Shown: positions 1 to 8,353 of the stretch, piece by piece
Layout: the number at the start of each line of letters is the position of its first letter
How positions within the stretch are numbered: position 1 is the stretch's first letter
NCBI GenBank assembly: GCA_965656495.1
Contig: CBFHKU010000003.1
Coordinates: 1-64,000, forward strand
Direction of reading: 5' to 3'
Origin: Coraliomargaritaceae bacterium
Lineage (GTDB): Bacteria > Verrucomicrobiota > Verrucomicrobiia > Opitutales > Coraliomargaritaceae
DNA length: 64,000 nt
Translations under genes and position numbers: made by a program
The notes under the pieces: generated by a model
Told to the model about the DNA's origin: nothing
The model's input: the letters and a program-made list of their open reading frames with translations, nothing else
Database searches by the model: none

Positions 1-127
1 CCCGGCTCTGCCGGGTTCGTGGTTCCCTTTCCCAACCTTCCTGTTCCCTTCGCGTACCTTCGCGGGCAATGCTTTATCCGCGTGATCGGTGTGATTCGTA
101 GTTTTCCTCATTCGTGGTTTCTCAGTT

Positions 128-261
128 TTTGACCCTAAGTGTTACCCATGTCCTGAACCTGTACCAAGAGTCGGGAGTTCGATGTTCGATGTTGGATGTT
201 CGAAGTTCGATGTTCGCTGGGATTAAGAGTAAGATTAAGATTAAGATTAAGAGATAGGAGG
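128..261. repeat. Composite intergenic repeat: conserved ~39-nt block, then (GTTCGAT)x5-6, then a GATTAA/GAGTAA hexamer run
   Basis: Heptamers at 177-216 and hexamers at ~219-261. Block 128-166 is nearly identical to segments of 45196-45259. Confidence 0.85.
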
Positions 262-309
262 GATTTGCGGTCTTGCTTTTGTGGGCGCAGTGGGTAAATC
301 AGCGAGGAG

Positions 310-1509
310 ATGTCGGCTGAGTTTCCATGGCGCCGTTATATGATGGCGGTGGTAATGTGTCTCATGTTCCTGCCGCCGGGGATGTGGGTACCGTCTTTGC
401 CGAATGTCTTGGAGGCGCACGGGGCGCGTTGGGCCTTGCCGTATTTCATGACGCTGACGCCCTTCATGTCGATTTTCTCGGCGCTGATTTTTGGGTCGCT
501 TTCGGACCGGCGGATGGATGCGCGTTATTTGCTGGGGATTCTGGGGCTTTCGGGGGCAGGGTTTTTATGGTTGTCTTTTGCCTCGTTGGAATGGGGCTGG
601 CACGCGAGCTGGTTCCTTTTTTTCCAGAGCTGCAACGCCTTGATTTCGGCGCCGATGATTGCGCTGATCACCAAGGTGAAACTCGCGAATTTGCTGAATC
701 CGGCGAAGCATTTCCCGCTGTATTCCATCGGTGGCACGGTGGGCTGGCTCTTCGGGAGCGTCTGGGTGAGTTTTCTGGCGTTGGATCATTCCGCGCAAAC
801 GGGTCAAATAGGGGCGATGATTCGGGTGGGGATGAGCCTCTTGTGTTTTCTGGCGCTCCCCGCGACGCCGCCGACGGATCGTGAGAGTAAGGGTTGGCAG
901 GCGGCTCTGGGCTTGAGGGCTTTTGGTTTATTGCGGGATCGGGAATTGCGGCGGTTTTATGTGGCGTCCACTTTATTGGCGATTCCCGGGGCGGCGCATT
1001 TCATGATCACTCCGAGCTTGCTCGCGGACCTCGGCAGTCTGCGCCCGACCGCAGAGATGGGATTGGGTCAGGCGATGGAAGTGGGGGCGATGGTGCTTTT
1101 GAGCGCGGTGGCGGGGCGATTCCGGATTCGGTGGTTTTTGATTTGGGGGATGTCGCTGGCGGTGTTGCGCTTCGGGCTCTTTGCGCTGGGAGCGGAGCTG
1201 GGGACTTTGGCGATTGTGTGGCTGGGGATCGCGCTGCATGGCCCGGTTTATACTTTCATGACGGTGGCGGGACGGCTGTATTTGGATAAGCGCGTGCCGG
1301 ACACCATGCGCGGACAGGCGCAGGCTTTATTTGGCTTGCTGGTATTCAACCTTGCCGCCATTGCGGGGGCTTTGGTGTGCGAGGGCTTGTATCGCGGACA
1401 GGTGCAGGACGGTTCGGGTTGGTCGATTTTCTGGCTGAGCCTCAGCGCCCTCGCGGCAGTGCCGCTCGGGTATTTCGCGCTGGGGGTGTTTCGGGAATCG
1501 CCACGATAA
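310..1509 (+). CDS. MFS transporter, nucleoside:H+ symporter-like
   Basis: 399 aa with ~12 hydrophobic segments; motifs GSLSDRR, GTVGW, GQAMEV and ALHG. Confidence 0.85.
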   Translation: MSAEFPWRRYMMAVVMCLMFLPPGMWVPSLPNVLEAHGARWALPYFMTLTPFMSIFSALIFGSLSDRRMDARYLLGILGLSGAGFLWLSFASLEWGWHASWFLFFQSCNALISAPMIALITKVKLANLLNPAKHFPLYSIGGTVGWLFGSVWVSFLALDHSAQTGQIGAMIRVGMSLLCFLALPATPPTDRESKGWQAALGLRAFGLLRDRELRRFYVASTLLAIPGAAHFMITPSLLADLGSLRPTAEMGLGQAMEVGAMVLLSAVAGRFRIRWFLIWGMSLAVLRFGLFALGAELGTLAIVWLGIALHGPVYTFMTVAGRLYLDKRVPDTMRGQAQALFGLLVFNLAAIAGALVCEGLYRGQVQDGSGWSIFWLSLSALAAVPLGYFALGVFRESPR

Positions 1510-1540
1510 CATCGGTGATCCGGCTCGCCGCAACGCCGCT

Positions 1541-1798
1541 TTAGTAAACCTTGCTTCGATGTCCAACTTTGACGACGTGGACGATTAATTCATTGCGAAT
1601 TACCTGATAGAGAATTCTGTAATTTCCCTGACGGATGCGGAATTTCTCTTGTCCTGAAAGCTTCTTGCTGCCCGGTGGGTAGGGATCCTTTGCCAAGCTT
1701 CTTATTTTTTCAATGATGCGAATCCGGTCCTTCTTTTCAATGCGTTCAATTTCCCTCGCCGCTGATTTTTTAATGAGGATTCTATAGCTTTCCATCAT
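1541..1798 (-). CDS. relE: Type II toxin, RelE/ParE family
   Basis: 85 aa, basic; PYPPGSKKLSG..FRIRQGNYRILY..VVKVGHR; overlaps the antitoxin stop. Confidence 0.9.
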   Translation of the reverse strand: MMESYRILIKKSAAREIERIEKKDRIRIIEKIRSLAKDPYPPGSKKLSGQEKFRIRQGNYRILYQVIRNELIVHVVKVGHRSKVY

Positions 1799-2003
1799 CT
1801 TTAAGGGACTTTACGAAAGCTTCAAAGTCGATGACCGGTTCGCGCGCCCTTTCCTCGAAGGCCTCCAAATCCTCCGCGTCTTCCAATAGGGCTGCGCGGA
1901 TCGCGTCGTTCACCAATTCAGACACCGGTTTCGAGATTTCCGCAGCTTTCATTTTCAGAGCCCGGTGAAGTTCTTCTTCAAAATAAACGGTCGCGCGTTT
2001 CAT
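1782..2003 (-). CDS. Antitoxin, CopG/ribbon-helix-helix family
   Basis: 73 aa; MKRATVYF..LHRALKMKAA..VSELVNDA plus acidic C-terminus; lies upstream of relE. Confidence 0.85.
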   Translation of the reverse strand: MKRATVYFEEELHRALKMKAAEISKPVSELVNDAIRAALLEDAEDLEAFEERAREPVIDFEAFVKSLKDDGKL

Positions 2004-2005
2004 TC

Positions 2006-2041
2006 TTTGACACTAAAACGTTATAACGTTAAAGTGTCAAA
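2006..2041 (-). promoter_or_regulatory. Palindromic operator/promoter of the relBE-type operon
   Basis: TTTGACACT-aa-AACGTTATAACGTT-aa-AGTGTCAAA; contains TTGACA on both strands and abuts the antitoxin ATG. Confidence 0.75.
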
Positions 2042-2066
2042 TCTTTTGAAGCGAAGCAACTGGGCT

Positions 2067-4634
2067 TCAAAATAAACCGAGCTGGTCGTCCTCTGCGGCG
2101 GGGGATTCTCCGGAGCGGGTTTTTTTCATGCGTTTGCGGAGGAGGTTGTGGGAGGAATCATCGGCCTCGAGGCGTTCAAGGATGGTTTTGGCGCGGTCGA
2201 TGACGGTATTGGGGAGTCCGGCGAGGCGGGCGACCTGAATGCCGTAGGAGCGGTCGGCGGCGCCTTTGGTGACCTGACGGACAAAGATGATTTCATCATT
2301 CCATTCTTTGACAACGACGGTGTAGTTCTGGAGGCGTGAAAGGGTTTTGGCGAGCTGGGTGAGTTCGTGGTAATGGGTGGCAAAGAGGGTACGGGGGCCG
2401 GGGCCTTCGGCGGGGTGGAGGTGTTCAATGACGGCCCAGGCGATGGAGAGGCCGTCGTAGGTGCTGGTGCCGCGCCCGATTTCGTCGAGGATGATGAGGC
2501 TTTTGGGGCTGGCGTTGTTGAGGATGTTGGCGGTCTCGTTCATCTCGACCATGAAGGTGGAGTTCCCCCGGGCGAGTTCGTCACTGGCACCGACGCGCGA
2601 GAAGATGCGATCGACAAGGCCGAGGCGGCAACTGTTGGCGGGGACCCATGCGCCGCTCTGCGCCATCAGGACAAGGAGGGCGACCTGCCGGATATAAGTG
2701 GATTTACCCGCCATATTGGGGCCGGTGATCAGCGCGATTTGGGGGTGGTCGGGGTCGGGGCCGTTGCTGTGGAGGTGGCTGTCATTCGGGACAAAGGCGT
2801 GGGTGCCGGCGAGACCGAGGCGTTCCTCGCGCATCATTTGTTCGACGACGGGATGGCGGCCCTGCTCGATTTCAAGGGCGTCGGAATCGTCGAGCTCGGG
2901 CTGGCAGTAGCCCCATTCGCGGGCGAGGCGACCCCAGCCGGTAAGGACGTCGATTTCCGCGAGGGCAGTCGCGGTTTCGCGGAGGGGGTCGGCTTGTGTG
3001 AGGATTGCCTCGATGAGTTCAAGGAAGAGGGTTTCTTCGCGTGCGAGGGCTTTTTCATCGGCCTGCAGGATTTCGCGTTCGCGTTCCTTGAGGACTTGGG
3101 TGGTGAAACGCTCGGCGTTCTTCATGGTCTGCCGGCGGGTGTAGTCCTCCGGGACGCGCTCGAGGTTGCTTTTGGTGACTTCGATGTAGTAACCGAAAGC
3201 GCCGGTATAACGGATGCGGAGATTTTTGATCCCGGTGCGTTCCTGTTCCTGTTGCTCGAATTCAGTGAGCCACTGTTGGCTGTCGCGGGTGAGGCTGCGG
3301 CAATGGTCGAGCTCGTCGTCGTAGCCGTCGCGGATCGCGCCGCCTTCGTCGATTTTGGCAGGGAGTTCTTCGGCGAGGGCGCGTTCGAGTTGCTCGTAGA
3401 GGGGGGAGAAATCGTGGATGCGTGCCGCCAGTGCCGCGACGGGGGTTCCGGGGAATTCGAGGAGGGTGGTGGCGATGGCGGGGAGGGCCTGGAGGGTTTC
3501 GCGGATCCCGCCCAGTTCGCGGGGGCTGCGCAGGCGGTTTTGGAGTCGCCCGAGAATGCGCTCGAGGTCGCGGATGCCCCGGAGTTGGGTTTGGATCTCG
3601 GAATTAAGTCCCTGGCTGGTGACAAATTCTGCAACGCATTGTTGACGGCGTTGTATTTCCGGGAGGCTGCGCTGGGGTGCGGAGAGCCAGCGTTCGAGGC
3701 AACGGGCACCGGGGGCGGTCACGGTGGCGTCCATCGCGGCGAGGAGTGAACCTTTGCGTGAATTGGCGGCGGACTTGAAGATTTCGAGGCTGCGAAGGGT
3801 GGCGGGGTCGAGGAGAAGGGTTTGTTCGGTGCGAAATTCGCGGAGCTGGCGCAGGTTTTTAGGTTGGGCGCAGAGGGTTTCGGTGGCGTAATGGATGAGT
3901 GCACCGGCGGCGCCGAGGGCGGGGTGTTCGCGGGCGATGCCAAAGCCGTCGAGGTTGAGGACGCCGAGGGCGTTCATTACGGATTGAACCCCGGCTTCGG
4001 GTTCAAAATGATAATCCGGGAGGGTGGTGCAGGCGCGGTCGCGGCAGAAATCCTGAAAGCGTTGGGCGGCGGGGCGGGGGTCGTCGTGCCAAGCGGCGCT
4101 GGATTTTTCAGGCAGCAAAATTTCGCGCGGGTCGACGCTTTCGAGGGCGGCAAAGAGATCTTCGGGGTCGGTTTCGGCGGCGAGGAGGAATTCGCCGGTG
4201 GTGAGGTCGAGCCAGGCGGCCTGGAGGTTATTTTTGCGGAGGTGAAGGGCGAGGAGGAAATGGTTGCGCTGCGCTTCGATTTGGCTGTCGGCGAGGCGGG
4301 TCCCGGGGGTGATGATGCGGGTGAGTTCGCGTTTGACGAGTTTGCCGGGGGTGGGCGTTTCGACTTGGTCGCAGATCGCGATTTTGATGCCCTGGTCGAG
4401 GAGTTTTTGAATATAATTATCGGCGGCGTGGTAGGGGATGCCTGCCATGGGCATTCCGTGGCGGTAGGTCAGGGTGATGCCAAGGTATTGGGCGCCGCGT
4501 TCGGCGTCCTGATTAAAGACTTCATAGAAATCCCCAAGGCGAAACAGAAGGAGGGTATCGTCCGAGAGCCTGGCACGTATTTCGTGCCATTGCTGCATCA
4601 TGGGTGTGATTTTCTTCGTCTTTTGCGCGGGCAT
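2067..4634 (-). CDS. mutS: DNA mismatch repair protein MutS
   Basis: FRLGDFYE, GPNMAGKST, STFMVEM, DEIGRGTST, FATHYHEL, SYGIQVARLAG. Confidence 0.98.
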   Translation of the reverse strand: MPAQKTKKITPMMQQWHEIRARLSDDTLLLFRLGDFYEVFNQDAERGAQYLGITLTYRHGMPMAGIPYHAADNYIQKLLDQGIKIAICDQVETPTPGKLVKRELTRIITPGTRLADSQIEAQRNHFLLALHLRKNNLQAAWLDLTTGEFLLAAETDPEDLFAALESVDPREILLPEKSSAAWHDDPRPAAQRFQDFCRDRACTTLPDYHFEPEAGVQSVMNALGVLNLDGFGIAREHPALGAAGALIHYATETLCAQPKNLRQLREFRTEQTLLLDPATLRSLEIFKSAANSRKGSLLAAMDATVTAPGARCLERWLSAPQRSLPEIQRRQQCVAEFVTSQGLNSEIQTQLRGIRDLERILGRLQNRLRSPRELGGIRETLQALPAIATTLLEFPGTPVAALAARIHDFSPLYEQLERALAEELPAKIDEGGAIRDGYDDELDHCRSLTRDSQQWLTEFEQQEQERTGIKNLRIRYTGAFGYYIEVTKSNLERVPEDYTRRQTMKNAERFTTQVLKEREREILQADEKALAREETLFLELIEAILTQADPLRETATALAEIDVLTGWGRLAREWGYCQPELDDSDALEIEQGRHPVVEQMMREERLGLAGTHAFVPNDSHLHSNGPDPDHPQIALITGPNMAGKSTYIRQVALLVLMAQSGAWVPANSCRLGLVDRIFSRVGASDELARGNSTFMVEMNETANILNNASPKSLIILDEIGRGTSTYDGLSIAWAVIEHLHPAEGPGPRTLFATHYHELTQLAKTLSRLQNYTVVVKEWNDEIIFVRQVTKGAADRSYGIQVARLAGLPNTVIDRAKTILERLEADDSSHNLLRKRMKKTRSGESPAAEDDQLGLF

Positions 4635-4763
4635 GCTTTAAATGAGGGAACAGTTATCAATGACATTAATTCTAATGAATCAAAAGCGAATTTTCTTTTA
4701 ATTCAGCAGGGCGGGGTTCTTTTTGTGGAGGTGTATAAAAATGAGTGTAATTTTATTTAGAAA

Positions 4764-5552
4764 ATGAGTGTTGCCTTACATGGGGAGGTTTTTGGATCGG
4801 AATCGTTGCCGGGAGTGGTGATGCTGCATGGGCTGCTGGGAAGCGGGCGTAATTGGAGCACCATCGCACGTTCGCTGGAGGGGGACTTCGCGGTGCATGT
4901 GGTGCATTTGCGTAATCACGGGCAGTCGCCGCACGCGGAATCGATGCGCTGGGCGGAACTGGTGGCGGATTTGGAAGCCTACCGCGAGCGGGCGGGGTTG
5001 GAGTCGATGGTGTTGTTGGGGCACAGTTTGGGCGGCAAGATCGCGATGCGCTACGCCTGCGAATACGGGGAGCGGGTGAAGGCCTTGGCAGTGGTGGACA
5101 TTGCGGCGAAGGCGTACCCGCCGTATCACGAGGCGGAGTTTCGCGCCATGAAGCGTTTGGCGGTCGGAGATTTATTGAATCGCAAGGAGGCGGAGGAATT
5201 GTTGAGCGGGGAGGTGCCGGATTGGGCGCTGCGGCAGTTTTTGCTGACCAATCTGGTGCGGGACGAGGCGAGGGGAACCTTCAAATGGCAGATTAATTTG
5301 GAGGCGCTACACGCCAGCCTGCCGCACATTCGGCAAAATTCCTTGCGGGAGGAGGATTCTTACGTTGGGCCGAGTCTCCTGGTGCGCGGCGGACGCTCGG
5401 ACTTTGTGGGAGAGGGGGATGTGGCTGCGATGCGGGCTTGGTTTCCAAACCTGGAGGAAGCGGTGCTGCCGGAGGCGGGGCACAATGTGCACGTCGAAGA
5501 TCGAGCCGGGTTCCTCCATGTATTGCAGGGCTGGCTCCGCAGGGTTCAATAA
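4764..5552 (+). CDS. Alpha/beta hydrolase, YbfF/ABHD11-like esterase
   Basis: HGLLGS, LRNHGQSPH, nucleophile motif GHSLGGK, AGHNVHVE. Confidence 0.9.
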   Translation: MSVALHGEVFGSESLPGVVMLHGLLGSGRNWSTIARSLEGDFAVHVVHLRNHGQSPHAESMRWAELVADLEAYRERAGLESMVLLGHSLGGKIAMRYACEYGERVKALAVVDIAAKAYPPYHEAEFRAMKRLAVGDLLNRKEAEELLSGEVPDWALRQFLLTNLVRDEARGTFKWQINLEALHASLPHIRQNSLREEDSYVGPSLLVRGGRSDFVGEGDVAAMRAWFPNLEEAVLPEAGHNVHVEDRAGFLHVLQGWLRRVQ

Positions 5553-5601
5553 AAGATGCTTTGGTTTTGCACCCCGAGGCATTTTTTATTTATTTAGGAG
5601 C

Positions 5602-6627
5602 ATGTTGCAAAGCACCCAATCAGAAGCCGAGGCGGTAGCGTCCGCTGGCTTTGCGGAAGTCTATGACCCGGTTAAGCCCTATTTGGCGGAATTGGACGCG
5701 TTTCTGCAGGCGCAGATTGAAGAGCTGGAACCCGAGGTGCAGGATCAAGTGCGCTATATTTTGGGTCACAGCGGAAAGCGCTTGCGCCCGATGCTGGTGG
5801 CTTACAGCGGATGGAAAGGGGCGGCTCCCGAATGCGCGGCGCAACTGGTGAAACTGGGTGCGGTCATCGAATTGGTGCACCTCGCAACGTTGGTGCACGA
5901 TGATATTCTGGATGAAGCCGAGACCCGCCATCGGCAGGAAACCGCCGCCAAGAAATTCGGGCCGGCTGCTGCGGTGCTGATCGGAGACGTTCTTTTTGCG
6001 CATGCCCTCAAACTTGCGGCGGAATTTCCCACCACTGAAATATGCCGAACCGTCGCGCAGGCGACGGCCCGTGTGTGTGCCGGGGAAATCGCGCAGACTT
6101 ACCAACGCGGCGAGGTCAATTACGACCGTGCGTTCTACTTCCGTGTGATTCAGCTCAAGACCGCGGAACTCTTCGAGGCCTCCTGTCGTTTGGGTGCCAA
6201 GGTGGCGGGCTATTCTGCGGAGTTCAGTGAAGCGGCGGGCGACTTCGGTCGTCATCTTGGAATTGCCTACCAAATCTTTGATGATCTGGTCGATCTCTAC
6301 GCCGATGAATCCATGATTGGGAAAACCCTCGGGACCGACCTCGAGAAGGGCAAATTTACCCTGCCGCTACTGTTGCTTCTTGAGCAGCTTTCCGGCGAGG
6401 ACCGGGATGCGCTCCTGGCGCGATACAAAGCGGGCGATCCCACCGTGGCGGCGGAATTCATGCAACGGCTCCACGAGTTTCCCATATTTGAGGCGGTGGT
6501 CGCGACCTTTGAGGAACACCTCGGGCAAGCGGCGGCAGCGATCGCGCCCCACGCCGAGCTCCCGCCGGTTCCCGCGCTGCAACAAATCGCCGAACTCGTC
6601 CGCGCCCAGCTCGGGCGTATTAGCTAG
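5602..6627 (+). CDS. Polyprenyl diphosphate synthase, IspB/HepT-like
   Basis: GKRLRP, LVHDDILD, KTAELF, YQIFDDLVD. Start placed at ATG 5602. Confidence 0.92.
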   Translation: MLQSTQSEAEAVASAGFAEVYDPVKPYLAELDAFLQAQIEELEPEVQDQVRYILGHSGKRLRPMLVAYSGWKGAAPECAAQLVKLGAVIELVHLATLVHDDILDEAETRHRQETAAKKFGPAAAVLIGDVLFAHALKLAAEFPTTEICRTVAQATARVCAGEIAQTYQRGEVNYDRAFYFRVIQLKTAELFEASCRLGAKVAGYSAEFSEAAGDFGRHLGIAYQIFDDLVDLYADESMIGKTLGTDLEKGKFTLPLLLLLEQLSGEDRDALLARYKAGDPTVAAEFMQRLHEFPIFEAVVATFEEHLGQAAAAIAPHAELPPVPALQQIAELVRAQLGRIS

Positions 6628-6670
6628 AAAATGTGTTGAGTTATAACTTACGCCATCATATTTTTAAAAA

Positions 6671-7360
6671 ATGGCAATAAAGCACCCATTTTTTAAAGGA
6701 ATATACCGGCTACCGGATGCGGCACATATATTAGGCATACCGCTTTCAACACTTAGAAGGTGGTTAAAGACAGACTTTAGTGATATGAGTTCTGTTTGCG
6801 AAGGCGCTAATCCCTACGGAGTGGGCATCAGCGGTATTTGCGGGGAAAGCCATGATACGTATATAAATTTTTTCTCATTGATCGAGCTTTTTACCGTATT
6901 TCAGTTACGTAATGGAGGCGTCTCTTTTGTAGCAATCAGAGCGGTAAGAGAGGGACTGAAACAAGACCACAACACAAATCACCCGTTTGCCATGAAGGGC
7001 TTGCTTTCAGATGGTAAAAAGATGACGCGACAGCAAAGTGATGGGGAGTCCTTGCTGCTTAATGAACCGGGGCAGAGGGCATTTTATGGATTCTTGAAAG
7101 CGTTCTATGAACGACTCGATTTTAGTGAAGCTTCAGACTTAGCGATACGCTATTATCCGCTTGGTAAAGATTCCTCGATAGTAATAGATCCCCGGGTTTC
7201 TTTTGGGCGTCCTGTTATCAAGGGCACGGCAATTACCACAGAAACAATACGAACACACTTCACCGGCGGTGATCAACCCAAGTCAATCGCAGTAGAGTTT
7301 GAGATAAGCGAAATTCAAGTAGATGATGCGCTTGAATTTGAAAACAGTCTTGCGGCATGA
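6671..7360 (+). CDS. HTH + DUF433-domain putative antitoxin (VapB45-like)
   Basis: N-terminal HTH (DAAHILGIPLSTLRRW); C-terminal IVIDPRVSFGRPVIKGT..QVDDALEFE; AT-rich. Confidence 0.8.
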   Translation: MAIKHPFFKGIYRLPDAAHILGIPLSTLRRWLKTDFSDMSSVCEGANPYGVGISGICGESHDTYINFFSLIELFTVFQLRNGGVSFVAIRAVREGLKQDHNTNHPFAMKGLLSDGKKMTRQQSDGESLLLNEPGQRAFYGFLKAFYERLDFSEASDLAIRYYPLGKDSSIVIDPRVSFGRPVIKGTAITTETIRTHFTGGDQPKSIAVEFEISEIQVDDALEFENSLAA

Positions 7361-7767
7361 AAATCTATTTTGATGAAAATTTTTCGCCGCATTTTATCAG
7401 AGGCCTCAGTCATATACAAAGGGCGCAACCCAACCATGGAATAGAAGTAAAATCTATTAAGGAGGTTTTTGGGGGTGGTACGCCTGACGAGGAATGGATT
7501 CCGAAGATTGCTCAACAACATGGGGTAGTGGTTACGCAGGATTTAAAGATCAGGCGTTTGCGGCACCAATGGGAATTGTGTAGCAAGTACAAATTGGGGC
7601 TTTTCTTTATCAAGCCTCCTAAAAATGGATGGAGTTACTGGGCCATCGTGAAGCGCATTATTAACTTTTGGCAACAAATTCAAAGCATCAGCATGAGGGA
7701 ACGTAAGCCCTTTGCTTATATCCTCTCGGCGACTAAATCTAAGCTGGAAAAACTTGATAACAAATAA
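7357..7767 (+). CDS. PIN-like domain putative toxin (VapC45-like)
   Basis: MKIYFDEN..GTPDEEWI..VVTQDLKIR; ATGA overlap with the DUF433 gene. Confidence 0.8.
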   Translation: MKIYFDENFSPHFIRGLSHIQRAQPNHGIEVKSIKEVFGGGTPDEEWIPKIAQQHGVVVTQDLKIRRLRHQWELCSKYKLGLFFIKPPKNGWSYWAIVKRIINFWQQIQSISMRERKPFAYILSATKSKLEKLDNK

Positions 7768-8277
7768 TTACAACAACCGCTTTTGAGTCGCTTCCCATTC
7801 CTTGCGCCGTTCGTCCGAAAAGCCGGGAATGCGCCCCTCGTCGAAATCCATCATATCCATCACCGATAGAATTTCGCCGATTTTTTCAGGGGTGCCCATG
7901 TTGGTAAGGGATTCCGCGAGGAACTCGCGCCCCGCTTCGGTTTGTCCCTTGTGGACCACTTCGCGGTTCCAGTCATCGGCCCGCAGATCTTCGGGAAAGA
8001 GCTCCTTTAGCTGCGAATCAAGGGCGGCGGCATCCTCACCGGTATCTTCAACCGCCTTTAAAACATCCTTCGGGTCGACCCCGAGGTGCATGCAGAGAAA
8101 ACGATCAAAGCCGCGACAAAAATTCTTCTGATAGGATTTGGGTAATTCCCCGCGCAGGTGCTTGCGGCATTTTGCGATAAAACGCGGCAGGTGCAAGAGG
8201 CCGCAGGAATGCGCCGCATAGGGGGAGGGTAGGTCGAAGCAGATTGCTCCGGTGGGACCGAGTTCTTCGTCGCTCAT
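7768..8277 (-). CDS. DUF5069-like protein
   Basis: DLPSPY..GLLHLPRFIAKCR..GFDRFLC..DFDEGR. Start placed at ATG 8277. Confidence 0.65.
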   Translation of the reverse strand: MSDEELGPTGAICFDLPSPYAAHSCGLLHLPRFIAKCRKHLRGELPKSYQKNFCRGFDRFLCMHLGVDPKDVLKAVEDTGEDAAALDSQLKELFPEDLRADDWNREVVHKGQTEAGREFLAESLTNMGTPEKIGEILSVMDMMDFDEGRIPGFSDERRKEWEATQKRLL

Positions 8278-8353
8278 GACAAAGAGGAAAGAGGGGAACG
8301 GGCAAAGGTCAAGCGGGCGATACGCCGCCCGGACCTCCGCCCGTTCCTCCGTT

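Noticed and set aside
2367..3749. 460-aa ORF on the + strand
   Set aside because: Antisense shadow of mutS, expected from GC-rich codon bias.
5365..5601. N-terminal extension of the polyprenyl synthase given in the ORF track
   Set aside because: It overlaps the hydrolase gene; ATG 5602 fits better.
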